Shown piece by piece: positions 9,499-19,450 of a stretch of 64,000 bases of DNA (positions are counted from its first letter, which is position 1; every line of letters starts with the position of its first letter). The notes beneath the pieces are model-generated. The model was given only the letters and a program-made list of their open reading frames with translations, searched no databases and was not told where the DNA came from. The stretch spans positions 384,001 through 448,000 of the forward strand of contig CAVRFW010000009.1 of assembly GCA_963720565.1 (NCBI GenBank), given 5' to 3'. The position numbers and the translations under genes were made by a program. The stretch is from Candidatus Bathyarchaeota archaeon (GTDB lineage: Archaea > Thermoproteota > Bathyarchaeia > Bathyarchaeales > Bathycorpusculaceae).

Positions 9499-9650
9499 GC
9501 ATTCACCACCCAGTTAATGTTTGAAATAATTCTCCTAAATAACTAACCGACTATCAGATAAAAACAATACTTGCTATTTTGAACGTTTGTTAGGGAAAAA
9601 ACTAGAAGAGCAATAGAGAAAATAATCACAGTAGGAGTGTGCTTGGCGTG

Positions 9651-9786
9651 TTATTTCTTTCTTCTTGTCAGATAGGTAATATTCATCACTATGGAAAGCC
9701 CAACAGGAACTCCTTCCGAAAAATCTGTAATTGAGAAACCTGAATAACTAAAACGTAAGAAACGGCCAGTCAAAATACCGCGCGCG
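9651..9786 (-). pseudogene. 3' remnant of a small membrane protein gene
   Basis: Open frame GILTGRFLRF...GLSIVMNITYLTRRKK* starting at CGCGCGCG 9779-9786. Confidence 0.35.
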
Positions 9787-9904
9787 TCATTTGTTTTGAA
9801 GCCGCTTGTCTTCGCTAGTGACAAAACAAAACAGCTATCGTACGCTTCTTGGAATGTCTAAAGGGAAAAGGAACCGAACCAGTTTTCTATAATGAACCGA
9901 AATA

Positions 9905-10138
9905 CTAAGCTATCTCTTGAAGGAGAGAAAACCCGGTTAAGTGAATGTGGCTTCCGCAACTGTTGCAGAGAATAACAACTTCTTCCAAGCCGCCGCTATT
10001 GATTTTTGGTTCTAAGAGCGAGTACTTCTTTTCTGTGGAGTCTTCAGGAGAGATCACGATTCCGCATCTGGGGCATGGGAAATCTCCATCTCCATCTATC
10101 TTGGTTAAATCCAGTCTGTGTACATTCGCTTGTTTCAT
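9905..10138 (-). CDS. Small CPxCG Zn-finger protein
   Basis: FPCPRCG...CNSCG; GAGG SD. Confidence 0.75.
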   Translation of the reverse strand: MKQANVHRLDLTKIDGDGDFPCPRCGIVISPEDSTEKKYSLLEPKINSGGLEEVVILCNSCGSHIHLTGFSLLQEIA

Positions 10139-10589
10139 TCATCTCGCCTCTTGTTTTGGGTTCAGTTTTCTATTTTCTTCTGTCTTTTAAAGATTATTTT
10201 TGTTTTTTAGGTTTTTGCTCAAATCAATGCCGAATTTGCTGGTTACCCAGAAAAATGCGCCGTGAAGTGTTTATGACTAAATGACAAAGGCTAGCCTCCG
10301 AAGCATTATTTGGAAGGCAGAACTCCCTCTTGAACTAATATTCACTGCGAAATCCTGCGTATGGCAAACACGGGATTTTTGATTTGCTACATTTATTTCC
10401 TTGAAGACGTTACGGCTCAATAACGCGCGATCCAGGGCAATTTTTCCTTTTGACGTTTCTGTCAAAATTCACTCAGGAAATGAATAGAACAACAAACTGA
10501 AAAGACTGAGATAAACCAAGAAGCGCACTTAAATTGGCATATGAAGCGTGTGCGCTGGGAGTTTGGCCGGTCTCCATTCTCCTCATATC

Positions 10590-11378
10590 CTATCCGTCAA
10601 GTTTCTTGTTGCATGATGGGCACGTTGCGTCTTTTGCTTGAACTGGGCTGTTACAGTAGGGGCATATTCGCTTCTTTCTTATCAGGTGTCGGCCAGGTTT
10701 TTCCTTGGCTATCTTTCCATCACGTAGGAGAAGGAGTCTTTCTGTGTGAGATGCTACGTGTGCGTCGTGTGTGACCATGACTATTGTGGTTCCTCGGTTA
10801 AGATTGAGGTTTGCGAGTAACTCAACAATTTCGCGTTTGTTTTTGCCATCCAAGTTTCCTGTTGGCTCGTCTGCCAAGATTATGGCTGGATCGTTAGCTA
10901 AAGCCCGTGCAATAGCTACTCTCTGTTGTTCCCCAGCGCTGAGGCGTTGAGGTCTGTGCTCTTCTCTTCCCGAGAGGCCAACCATGTTTAGGAGTTCACT
11001 TGCTCTTTGTCTTCTTTCGATTTTGGATTTTTTCGTGTTTTCCATAGGCAGTTCCACGTTTTCTCTGGCGTTTAAGTAAGGAAGTAGATTGAAGGTTTGG
11101 AATACAAAGCCAATTTTGTCTCGTCGTATCTTGTAAAGCTCTCCTTCCGGCAGGTTTGCTACATCAACCCCGTCCAAGAACACTTGTCCGCTTGTGGGCT
11201 TGTCTATACATCCTAGAACATTTAGAAGAGTTGTTTTTCCGGAGCCTGAAGGTCCCATGATTGATACAAACTCGCCTGCGTTGACTTGGAGGTCTAGGTT
11301 TGAGAGTGCATGGACTTTGCGTTTGCCAAGCATGTATTCTTTTGACAGATTCTCTATTCTTAGTACTGCTTCACTCAT
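10590..11378 (-). CDS. LolD/MacB-type ABC ATPase with C-terminal Zn ribbon
   Basis: GPSGSGKT, LSAGEQQRVAIARAL, ADEPTGNLD; CPYC...CPSC tail. Confidence 0.9.
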   Translation of the reverse strand: MSEAVLRIENLSKEYMLGKRKVHALSNLDLQVNAGEFVSIMGPSGSGKTTLLNVLGCIDKPTSGQVFLDGVDVANLPEGELYKIRRDKIGFVFQTFNLLPYLNARENVELPMENTKKSKIERRQRASELLNMVGLSGREEHRPQRLSAGEQQRVAIARALANDPAIILADEPTGNLDGKNKREIVELLANLNLNRGTTIVMVTHDAHVASHTERLLLLRDGKIAKEKPGRHLIRKKRICPYCNSPVQAKDATCPSCNKKLDG

Positions 11379-12102
11379 ATCGCATCGCCTCAGCTGGTCT
11401 TGTTCTGGATGCTCGCCAAGCAGGATACAGACTTCCCAGAGTCCCCAGCAGTACGGATGCTCCAAGCGCAGTCAGCATGAGCTCTGGAGTTACGATTATG
11501 GTTGCGGTCGACGTCGTGTTGAGTGACCCGAAAACGCTTGTCCCTCCAAATTGCGTTACTGTTGGGAGCAGCAGTCCTGAAAGCGCTGGGGCAGCCACGC
11601 TGCCTATTGTAATTCCCACAACTCCTGCGATTAGACTTAGCAGCACACCTTCTAGCATGAACTGACGCATGACGGTCCAGTTGCTGAATCCAATGGCTTT
11701 GAGCGTGCCGATTTCTTTGGTCCTCTCACGCACGGTGTATAACATTACGAACAAAACGATTAGGCTAGTTGCAGCGACGGCGACGACGATTTCCCCAAAA
11801 GCGGTTGTTTGCATTTGACTTACAGAAGCTTCCGCATTTTCGAGCGCAGTAGTGTAGCTTGACTGTAGCGCTTGAAGCTCTTCTAATCGTTCTTGGGCTG
11901 TGCTGACGGAGAGTTCGGGGTGCAAGGCACTTATGGAGCTTGCTACATCAGTTACTGCTTCGCTGTCTTCGGCGAACACGTGAAGGGTTGTTATGTATCC
12001 AGTGTTGTCTGTTAAGGCTTGCGCGTCGGAAAGGTTCATGTAGAGTGTTGTTCGGTCCTCTACTCCTGACGACCCGTGAACACCAATCACTTCAAAGGTA
12101 AA
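11371..12102 (-). pseudogene. FtsX/MacB-type ABC permease, 5'-truncated
   Basis: VRERTKEIGTLKAIGF, LYPAWRASR; N-terminal TM and most of the periplasmic domain are missing; frame closes within a palindrome at 12100-12127. Confidence 0.75.
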
Positions 12103-12178
12103 TTAACTTATCAGAAATAGTTAATTTCCATTAACAAGCCTTAAATAAAGTTGACAGACCATACTTTTTTGAAGATGC

Positions 12179-12430
12179 ATGCTTGAAGAATTTAGTGTTT
12201 TAAACTTTTTCATTATCTTTTTTGTTTTCTGCGCTATCATAATTCCTATTGTTTTAGTAGCTTCAGTTTTTCTAGCACGAGCAAAAAACCATGCTTCTAA
12301 TCAAACTGAAAAAATCATAGAAAAAGAGACTATCAAAGAGATAGTAATGGTGCCTTGCATTTATTGCGGTTCACTGATGCCTCAAACTGCTTTGTTCTGT
12401 AACAATTGTGGGGCTGGAAGAAAAACCTGA
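12179..12430 (+). CDS. Small TM + Zn-ribbon protein
   Basis: TM then CIYCG...CNNCG. Confidence 0.75.
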   Translation: MLEEFSVLNFFIIFFVFCAIIIPIVLVASVFLARAKNHASNQTEKIIEKETIKEIVMVPCIYCGSLMPQTALFCNNCGAGRKT

Positions 12431-12598
12431 ATGGGATTCCCATGGTCGAAAACTGACGCTATTTTCGTCCCTTTTCTCGATAGATAAACAAGCAAAGTAT
12501 TGATAGATTCTTCTTCCTCCTTTGATAGAACACTGCTCCATAATTCATAAAAAGCCCGTATGTGTCATACAATGCACTTAAGAAAGAGGTTAAAATGT

Positions 12599-13129
12599 AT
12601 GCAAATTCTCGGATTGATTTTAGCTCTCATCAGCATCGGTGCCGTCGCTGGGCCGGTGGCTGGAGTGGTACTAATTTACCAAAACAATCCAGTTGAAATG
12701 ATTGTTCCCTCGGAAATTGAAGATTTGATTGCTGGTTCCTTTGGTGCAGATGAACCATTCGAACTTCCGCAATACGTAAGTTCCTCTTTTGACCCCTCAA
12801 CTCAAACCTTGACCGCGACTTTCAGTTTCGCCAATCCATTCGAATTGGACCTAAGAGTCAACTCTCTATCCGCAGACGTTAAATGCGCAATTCATGCTTT
12901 CAACCTTGGAAACGCAGAACTCGTCGATCCAGTGCCTATAGACGCAGGCGACACAGCCCTGATTCCGGTGGTTTTCAAATGGACTCAAGCTGCCGAAGAT
13001 CACTTTCTAACCGCGCACTCGGGAGCAACAAGCATTGATATAGAACTCGTAAACCTCGGGGTAGATGTTAGCGGAATAACTATTGAAACGCCAGAAAGTG
13101 TTAGCGTTAACGTTCCTCTACCGCAGTGA
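12599..13129 (+). CDS. Membrane-anchored LEA-2-like protein
   Basis: N-terminal TM; FANPFELDLRV beta-rich body. Confidence 0.6.
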   Translation: MQILGLILALISIGAVAGPVAGVVLIYQNNPVEMIVPSEIEDLIAGSFGADEPFELPQYVSSSFDPSTQTLTATFSFANPFELDLRVNSLSADVKCAIHAFNLGNAELVDPVPIDAGDTALIPVVFKWTQAAEDHFLTAHSGATSIDIELVNLGVDVSGITIETPESVSVNVPLPQ

Positions 13130-13139
13130 AGGTGAAACA

Positions 13140-13700
13140 TTGCAGGCAAAGATAAACTGGTTTGGTATTGCAGGCGGCATTGCAGTATTATTGCTGATTT
13201 GCCTCTCTGCTTACTTTCCTTGGTGGCAGCTAGTAGTGGGCGAAAACTTGGTGAAGGCCAACGTTTCACCAATTTACACAAACTTTGACTTCATAGGTAA
13301 CTCATTCACTATTCCTTTGTTGTTAGCCCTCAACATTAGCAGCGTAATTCTCATGACTGTAGGCGGCATAGCTTTACTCATCTATTCATTCAAACCACTA
13401 GCGTCCTATTCCAGGCGGTTGCTCAGCTTCGGCTACAAAAAGCCACTGTACTCGCTGATTCTGTTCGTAGTATGCTTAGTAGCGATAACATTAGTAGTCA
13501 AATCCGTTTGGGATTTGAATGTTCCCCTGATGGGTTCAGCACAAACCACCTTGCCCTCGGAAATGACTCAGGGCGCCACAGTCAGTGTTCTCATGGTCGC
13601 TAGCTTCCAATGGCCATTCTTGCTGGCCATAGCCGCTGCAGGGTTATGTATCGCAGCTAGGTTCTACGACAAGAAAATAGCGACAGCTCAACCCGCTTAA
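13140..13700 (+). CDS. Four-TM membrane protein
   Basis: TTG start after GGTGA; PWWQL motif. Confidence 0.7.
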   Translation: MQAKINWFGIAGGIAVLLLICLSAYFPWWQLVVGENLVKANVSPIYTNFDFIGNSFTIPLLLALNISSVILMTVGGIALLIYSFKPLASYSRRLLSFGYKKPLYSLILFVVCLVAITLVVKSVWDLNVPLMGSAQTTLPSEMTQGATVSVLMVASFQWPFLLAIAAAGLCIAARFYDKKIATAQPA

Positions 13701-13725
13701 CATCAAAATTAATACTCTTCGGAGC

Positions 13726-14835
13726 CTATGTTCTCCAGTTTGGCGCTTCTTTTCTTCTAAATGCTAAGACTTGAATGTAGCCGACTATTATGATTGCCAC
13801 CCACAGGACTGAGTAGAAGAAGTAGTAAACGAAAAGTTCATGCAGCTTAATTTCAAAATCTAGCTTTCTCGAAAAAACATAGAAGGTTGTTGCTGTAATG
13901 ACGAAACTGCCAAGCATGATGAGAAGCGTCTTTAGCAGGTCGGCAGTGAAAAGTGACACAAGAAAAATTGGCAGGGCGAGGTTAAGCTTCACGGAAAGAA
14001 ACAGAGAAAACACCAGAATTGAATCGTACATCCACATACTCGGAACTAGCGCGCTAAGGAAGAAAACGGCAATAGATGGATAAAGAAAGAACAAGCCGGG
14101 GAGAAAAACCTGTGGTTTCTTCAAACATTTCTTCGCCAAATCCTTGTACCAATCCTTCAACCACAAGGCTTGGCCGATGCCCCATCTTTTCCTCTGTGTG
14201 AACCAGCTTCGCCAACTCGAGTAAACAACGTTTCCTACTTCAACGTTTTTTGAGTACGCAAAGCTATGGTTTTGCAGGAAAGCCCTTGTCGCGATGTCAA
14301 TGTCTTCAGCCACGACCTTCCTAAAGCCTCCGATTGAATCAAATGTTTCCCGCTTGATGGCAAACGCGGCGCCATTGACAGCAGGACACTTCTTTAAGTA
14401 CTTGGAAGCAAGCCAGGCGCTCACGTTGAAAGTGAAATACTCGTAATACGCCATCTTTGATAGAAACGAATTCTTGCCCGTTACTTTCTTTTTTATGTCA
14501 AGAACGTCAGTATGCTGCATCTCCATTACTACCTTTTTCAAGAAGTCGGGATCATCCGGTAACTGTATGTCAGCATCCAAGAAAAGCAGAACTTTCCCTG
14601 TTGAAGACTTGACGGAGTCGTTCAGAGCATTTGCCTTTCCAACCCGTTCCCGATTAACAATGACTCTTACGTCGCTGAACTGCTTCATTTCTTCCAGAAA
14701 GCTTTCTTCGGGCTCATCGACGGTAACGACAATTTGTTTGTCAACGTCTTGACTGCTTAGCTTATCTAGCATTGCGGGCAGTTGCTCTGACTCTCTGAAG
14801 ACTGGAATGAAGATACTGATGTCTGTCAAAGTCAA
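13726..14835 (-). CDS. GT2 glycosyltransferase with C-terminal TM helices
   Basis: GKANALN, FLDAD, AEDID, QRKRW. Confidence 0.9.
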   Translation of the reverse strand: MTLTDISIFIPVFRESEQLPAMLDKLSSQDVDKQIVVTVDEPEESFLEEMKQFSDVRVIVNRERVGKANALNDSVKSSTGKVLLFLDADIQLPDDPDFLKKVVMEMQHTDVLDIKKKVTGKNSFLSKMAYYEYFTFNVSAWLASKYLKKCPAVNGAAFAIKRETFDSIGGFRKVVAEDIDIATRAFLQNHSFAYSKNVEVGNVVYSSWRSWFTQRKRWGIGQALWLKDWYKDLAKKCLKKPQVFLPGLFFLYPSIAVFFLSALVPSMWMYDSILVFSLFLSVKLNLALPIFLVSLFTADLLKTLLIMLGSFVITATTFYVFSRKLDFEIKLHELFVYYFFYSVLWVAIIIVGYIQVLAFRRKEAPNWRT

Positions 14836-14995
14836 CCATCTTAGCCTTTAGCTTCTCCAACTCCAACATTTGTCGTATGGGTTTATCAATTTTTCTGAAG
14901 AAAGCACCCTTTATGCCTCCTAAAACCCTGGTTTTTTGTCCCAATCCGTCTATCAGATAGATTCATATTCAGACGAGGACAAGGCTAATGTCATC

Positions 14996-15991
14996 ATGAC
15001 TCGCGTAAAAGCCTTAAGTCTGTTTTCTGGCGGTTTGGATAGCATACTCGCCACCAGACTGATTCTCGACCAAGACATTGAAGTTGTAGCATTGAACTTC
15101 ACGAGCCAATTCAATCCAATTGAAAAAGGCAAAAACAAAGTGGCTGAAGCCGCCAATCAACTGGGCGTTCGGCTCCAACTCATCAATCTTGAAAGCGATT
15201 ATGTGCAGCTAATACGGAATCCCAAGCACGGCTATGGAAAGAACATTAACCCTTGCATCGACTGCAGAATTTTCATGCTAAAGAAAGCCAAGCAATATGC
15301 CCGAAAAATCGGCGCCGCCTTCATTTTCACTGGCGAAGTCCTCGACGAAAGACCGCTATCCCAGCGCTTCAACGCCCTAAAAATCGTCGAAAAAGAATCT
15401 GGCCTAGAAGGAAAACTGTTGAGACCCCTCTCCGCCAAACTTCTACCTAAAACCATGGCAGAGAAAAAAGGCTTGGTTGACACAGAGAAACTGGCGGGAA
15501 TACGCGGAAGATCGAGGAAACCACAGATAGAGTTAGCCAAGGAATACGGAATTGACTACTATCCTAGCCCTGCAGGTGGCTGTTTGCTTACCTGCGAGGA
15601 TTACGCTCACAAGCTTCGGGATCTTTTCAAGCACAAGAAACGTGTCTCAATGAGAGATGTTGACCTGCTAAGGGTGGGCAGGCACTTCAGACTTGGTCCC
15701 AACAAGATAATTGTGGGAAGAAACAAAGAAGAGAATCAAACCTTAACCAACAAGAAAGCTTCAAATGATTACTATTTTGAAGTCGCAACTGTTCCGGGTC
15801 CAACAAGTATTCTTCAAGGAACAAAGAGCAGGAAAGCCATCAAGACAGCAGCCGCATTGACAGCATACTATTCTGACTCAAAAGATATTGAGGTCACAAT
15901 AAACTATGGAAAAGAGCAGCTTGACAAGTTTATTACAGTTTCAGCCCCAAACGACGCCGACATCAAAGTTCTCAGAGTCAGCGAAAATTAA
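14996..15991 (+). CDS. ThiI/MnmA-like PP-loop tRNA thiouridylase (DUF814-associated type)
   Basis: SGGLDS PP-loop, NPCIDCR, TGEV, PAGGCLLT, GRHFR. Confidence 0.8.
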   Translation: MTRVKALSLFSGGLDSILATRLILDQDIEVVALNFTSQFNPIEKGKNKVAEAANQLGVRLQLINLESDYVQLIRNPKHGYGKNINPCIDCRIFMLKKAKQYARKIGAAFIFTGEVLDERPLSQRFNALKIVEKESGLEGKLLRPLSAKLLPKTMAEKKGLVDTEKLAGIRGRSRKPQIELAKEYGIDYYPSPAGGCLLTCEDYAHKLRDLFKHKKRVSMRDVDLLRVGRHFRLGPNKIIVGRNKEENQTLTNKKASNDYYFEVATVPGPTSILQGTKSRKAIKTAAALTAYYSDSKDIEVTINYGKEQLDKFITVSAPNDADIKVLRVSEN

Positions 15992-16188
15992 AGGCTCAAT
16001 AATAGCTTGGATTCTATGTAGCTTGTAGCTAAATGGGCTCATTAGGTTTTTTTCCTGTATCGAACTATACTGGAAAAGCAACATCCTAGTTCCGCTGGAC
16101 TAACAGTGATAGAAGTATTCAAAGCCAACTTGAAATCGGTTCGAAGACAATCCTTGGCGACTCTAAATAGACTGTTGAATCTCGGTTC

Positions 16189-16320
16189 TCACTTTCCATC
16201 TACTAAGTGGGCAGTTCCATCCGGACAGTAAATTACAGTGCCTTTCTCAACGATGTTGTAGCGTATGCCGCATGCTTTCATCTGAGAGCATCCATCACAA
16301 TCTCTTGATAACAGTTTCAG
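16189..16320 (-). CDS. 43-aa Cys/His microprotein with CTG start
   Basis: GGAGG SD then CTG; MKLLSRDCDGCSQMKACGIRYNIVEKGTVIYCPDGTAHLVDGK; not in ORF track. Confidence 0.5.
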   Translation of the reverse strand: MKLLSRDCDGCSQMKACGIRYNIVEKGTVIYCPDGTAHLVDGK

Positions 16321-16482
16321 TCGCCTCCCTCTGTTTTTCCTTCAAGGCAACAGCACCATTGTGTCAGTTGGCTAATTATGCTAAGTGGCACAAGTGCCTG
16401 AAGCCTTGATAGAGTCTCATGCAAATGGTTACGTCTCTTTTAAACATTCCTTACTCACAATTTCCAGGAAGCGCGCGAGAGC

Positions 16483-16495
16483 AAAAGTCTTAAGC
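16483..16495 (+). promoter_or_regulatory. BRE/TATA promoter of the candidate sRNA
   Basis: AAAAGTCTTAAGC about 25 bp upstream of box C. Confidence 0.5.
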
Positions 16496-16515
16496 TTATC
16501 ATGCATTTTCACTCT

Positions 16516-16580
16516 TGGATGATGAGCTCTAGAGTCGTGAGCCCTAAGGCTGTGATAATGACTCGACGGGCGAACTGACA
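16516..16580 (+). ncRNA. Candidate box C/D guide sRNA
   Basis: Box C ATGATGA 16519-16525, D' GTGA 16537-16540, GCC-CTAA-GGC hairpin, C'-like TGTGA, box D CTGA 16575-16578. Confidence 0.65.
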
Positions 16581-16848
16581 CCTGAAACTCAATGCACTGT
16601 CACAGCCAGTGACGCTGAAAAGGAAGTAATGAAGAAGAAGCGTTCAGGATAACAACTGTACCTGTGCAGTAGCACAACGCCGTGGTCATTTGTTGAAACA
16701 AGTTAATGTGTAGACTTTTTCTGCTTAAGCAACAAGAAGGACACTTTGGGGTAGCAGTGCTTTCAACACAACCTGACCGACATGGCAACTCTGGTCTCAA
16801 CGTTTTTTAGGTGGAAACCAGCACAACTTGAACTGAGAAGAATCAAGA

Positions 16849-17274
16849 ATGGGTTTAAGCCGGTTCGATACTGTAAAACATCTAATTGTGCGCGTTGAAC
16901 ACGATTCAGACTTGATCACATTCATTACTTCGCTTGCAAAAAACAATGGCTTAAAGGCCGCGACCTTTACCGCAATTGGCGCTTTGAAACATGCAAAGAT
17001 TGGATTTTATGATCAGGAGAAACACGAATATCTGGAGACTCGACTTTCAGCCCCTCAAGAAATAGCCAGCTGCATCGGGAACATCTCCATTAAGAAAGGG
17101 GTCCCTTTTGTTCATGCTCACGCCGTACTAGCTGACCAGAAGGGCGACGTGAAAGCTGGGCATCTGCTTGAAGGAAAGGTTTTTGCTGCCGAAGTTCACA
17201 TAATGGAGTTTGCGGAAAACAAGCTTGTTCGAAAAAATGATGCGGTAACTGGGCTTTCTCTTTGGGACCTTTAG
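16849..17274 (+). CDS. PPC/DUF296 domain protein
   Basis: AIGAL...GNIS...HAHAVL...GHL...EV. Confidence 0.9.
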   Translation: MGLSRFDTVKHLIVRVEHDSDLITFITSLAKNNGLKAATFTAIGALKHAKIGFYDQEKHEYLETRLSAPQEIASCIGNISIKKGVPFVHAHAVLADQKGDVKAGHLLEGKVFAAEVHIMEFAENKLVRKNDAVTGLSLWDL

Positions 17275-17448
17275 CTGGCAATCAGCCCGTTACTTTGCGA
17301 GCGCCCAGAACATGACTGGTTGGCGGGAAAATCAAGATTTTTCGGATGAGTTGACGCGAGTAGCCACGGAAAACTTAATCAGTAAAGTAGTTGTGAAGAG
17401 CACATGGAGACGCCATTTCCAGAGCGACTGTATAGCGAGGTGAATGAT

Positions 17449-17733
17449 ATGTCTGAGATAATGATTGATGCTTCCGAATTGAAAGGAGAAGGAAGCGAAG
17501 TACTTCAAGCTCTTGCAACTTTCCTAAAGGAAAAAACTAGTGCTGACGTGAAAACGGAAGGAAAAAAATTGACAGTGAAGGGTGTAGGAGAAACTGTTAA
17601 CAAGAAATACCTGCGTGTGCTATTGAAAAAGTTTCTTCACAAAAGGGAACTTAAAGAAAGCTTCCGCATCATAAGCGACGAAGAGGAAAACACGCTCAAA
17701 GTGAAAGAAAGGAAATTGTACGAAGAGGAATAG
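17449..17733 (+). CDS. rpl22e: Ribosomal protein eL22-like
   Basis: IDAS...LATFLKEK...NKKYLRVLLKKFLHKRELKESFRII matches the eL22 pattern; GAGGTGA SD. Confidence 0.75.
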   Translation: MSEIMIDASELKGEGSEVLQALATFLKEKTSADVKTEGKKLTVKGVGETVNKKYLRVLLKKFLHKRELKESFRIISDEEENTLKVKERKLYEEE

Positions 17734-17938
17734 TCAAAAGTTCCAAGAAGAATCTAACCTTTTTTCTTAAGAGGCAAGAGCCTCTTTTGAATTTTGAGTA
17801 GACTGTCGGACCCATTATCAGGCTACAGGTAACTAGACGCCATTATTCTAATTTCTCATGATTCCAGGTACGGGTAAATCCGAACATCGTTTCCTTAACG
17901 CTTTAGGGTATGCCCTATGATTGGGAAAGGGTGAGACT

Positions 17939-18175
17939 TTATTGTTTTTTCGGTTTTCTTTTTTTAGCTTTGAGCATTGACTTTGCTGAGGGGTCTCTTT
18001 CTTTAATTTCTCCTTTCTCCACAAGGTTGTTGTAGTGTATTCGGCATGTTTCTAAAGAGACTCCGTGTCTCGAGCAGAATTTGGCTAGAACTTTTTCAAC
18101 CGGTTCCCTGGGTTTTTTCTCTAATACCATTTCTTTTAGTTCTTGAACGTGTTCTTTGTCCATTTTCTCGGTCAT
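17939..18175 (-). CDS. Small basic hypothetical protein
   Basis: 78 aa, GAGG SD. Confidence 0.65.
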   Translation of the reverse strand: MTEKMDKEHVQELKEMVLEKKPREPVEKVLAKFCSRHGVSLETCRIHYNNLVEKGEIKERDPSAKSMLKAKKRKPKKQ

Positions 18176-18333
18176 TTTTTATGGTCTTCCTCGGTGTTTA
18201 TGTATCTTGTATTGATATTATTTTTGGTTTCTCTAAAAACTTGCGCTTCTTTTGCTGGGTCAGTTTGTGCCGTCTTAACCGTTATACGGAATCTTATTAT
18301 ACAAGATTCACTTTATTAGTAGCTAGAAGAGGT

Positions 18334-19027
18334 ATGTTCAACTCTCCAAATTCTGGAGCGCACACTCTCCAGTGTCCTTATTGCAGAAGTTATTCAAAAC
18401 AACAATGGTACAATGTTGCAAAAGGAGTAATGTCCAAAAAAGGATTGGACTACTACGAAGGTTTCATCCCAGAATTACATCTAAGCGTCTGCCCGCAATG
18501 TAATAGATACTCGTTGTGGCTTAGACGACAAAATGATACATCCTCGAGTGTCCATTGCCCCCTGGCCTTCAGAGAGAATGCCCCTAAACATAAAGGAAGA
18601 CTTTATTGAAGCCAGAACTGTTGTAGGAACTTCCCCCAAAGCAGCCTGTGCCCTGCTAAGGTTGTGCCTGCAAAAACTAATGATTTACTTAGGTGAGAAA
18701 GGCAAGAATATCGAACTTGACATAGCCAACTTGACAAGAAAGGGCTTGCCTCACAATTTCATATCCACTATGTTGGATGCAAGAGTCATAGGACCTATGA
18801 CTGTGCCACCTGGGAAAATCAGCCCCAGCGACGACATCGAAACCGCAATGACACTTTTCAATCTAATCAACATGATGATTGAGTCAACGATACCACGTCA
18901 GAGGGAAATAAGCCAACTGTACCCCGAGAGTGCGAAGAAAAGAAAAGTCAAAAAGAATCCGATTCCAAAAAAGAATCCGATCAAGAAAAGAGAGATAATA
19001 CCTACGCCCACAATTCTTTACCGGTAA
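18334..19027 (+). CDS. DUF4145 (HEPN-like) protein with N-terminal Zn ribbon, one frameshift near 18520
   Basis: CPYC...CPQC in one frame; EAR..SPKAACALLRLCLQKL in the next. Confidence 0.7.
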
Positions 19028-19155
19028 CAGAATATTCAGCATATTGCTCTATTTGGCTCGACCGCGTGCTCTTAGGACTAAGTTGTGAACAAAATCACTT
19101 TTGTCTGCAAAAAGGGTTTTAAGTCTTAATCTTTCTTTGTATATAGAGATGAAAA

Positions 19156-19443
19156 ATGGCTATTCATATTCGACGTGTTTTAATTGAGGCTTTGAAGGCT
19201 CGCGATACTTCTTTGGTTGATTTGTCTCAGGCAATTTGTTCTGTAGTCGGGGTTGAAGAGTGCGATATTGTAGTCACCGATGTTGACGCTAAAACTGAAA
19301 CTGTAAAGCTCACCGTTAGGGGCGCTGATATTGAATACAGCGGGATTCTGAGGGTGCTGCAGGAGAATGGTGTTTCAGTTAAAGGCATAGACGAGGTCAA
19401 CGTGTCAAAGGTGAAGCAGCCTTTGCAACGGACGCCGCCTTGA
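19156..19443 (+). CDS. DUF211 family protein
   Basis: IRRVLIEALK...IDEV. Confidence 0.8.
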   Translation: MAIHIRRVLIEALKARDTSLVDLSQAICSVVGVEECDIVVTDVDAKTETVKLTVRGADIEYSGILRVLQENGVSVKGIDEVNVSKVKQPLQRTPP

Positions 19444-19450
19444 CTGCTTG

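Noticed and set aside
16519..16578. Hammerhead ribozyme or fluoride riboswitch
   Set aside because: Core reads ATGATGA...GAAC rather than CTGANGA...GAAA and lacks riboswitch pairing; box C/D fits better
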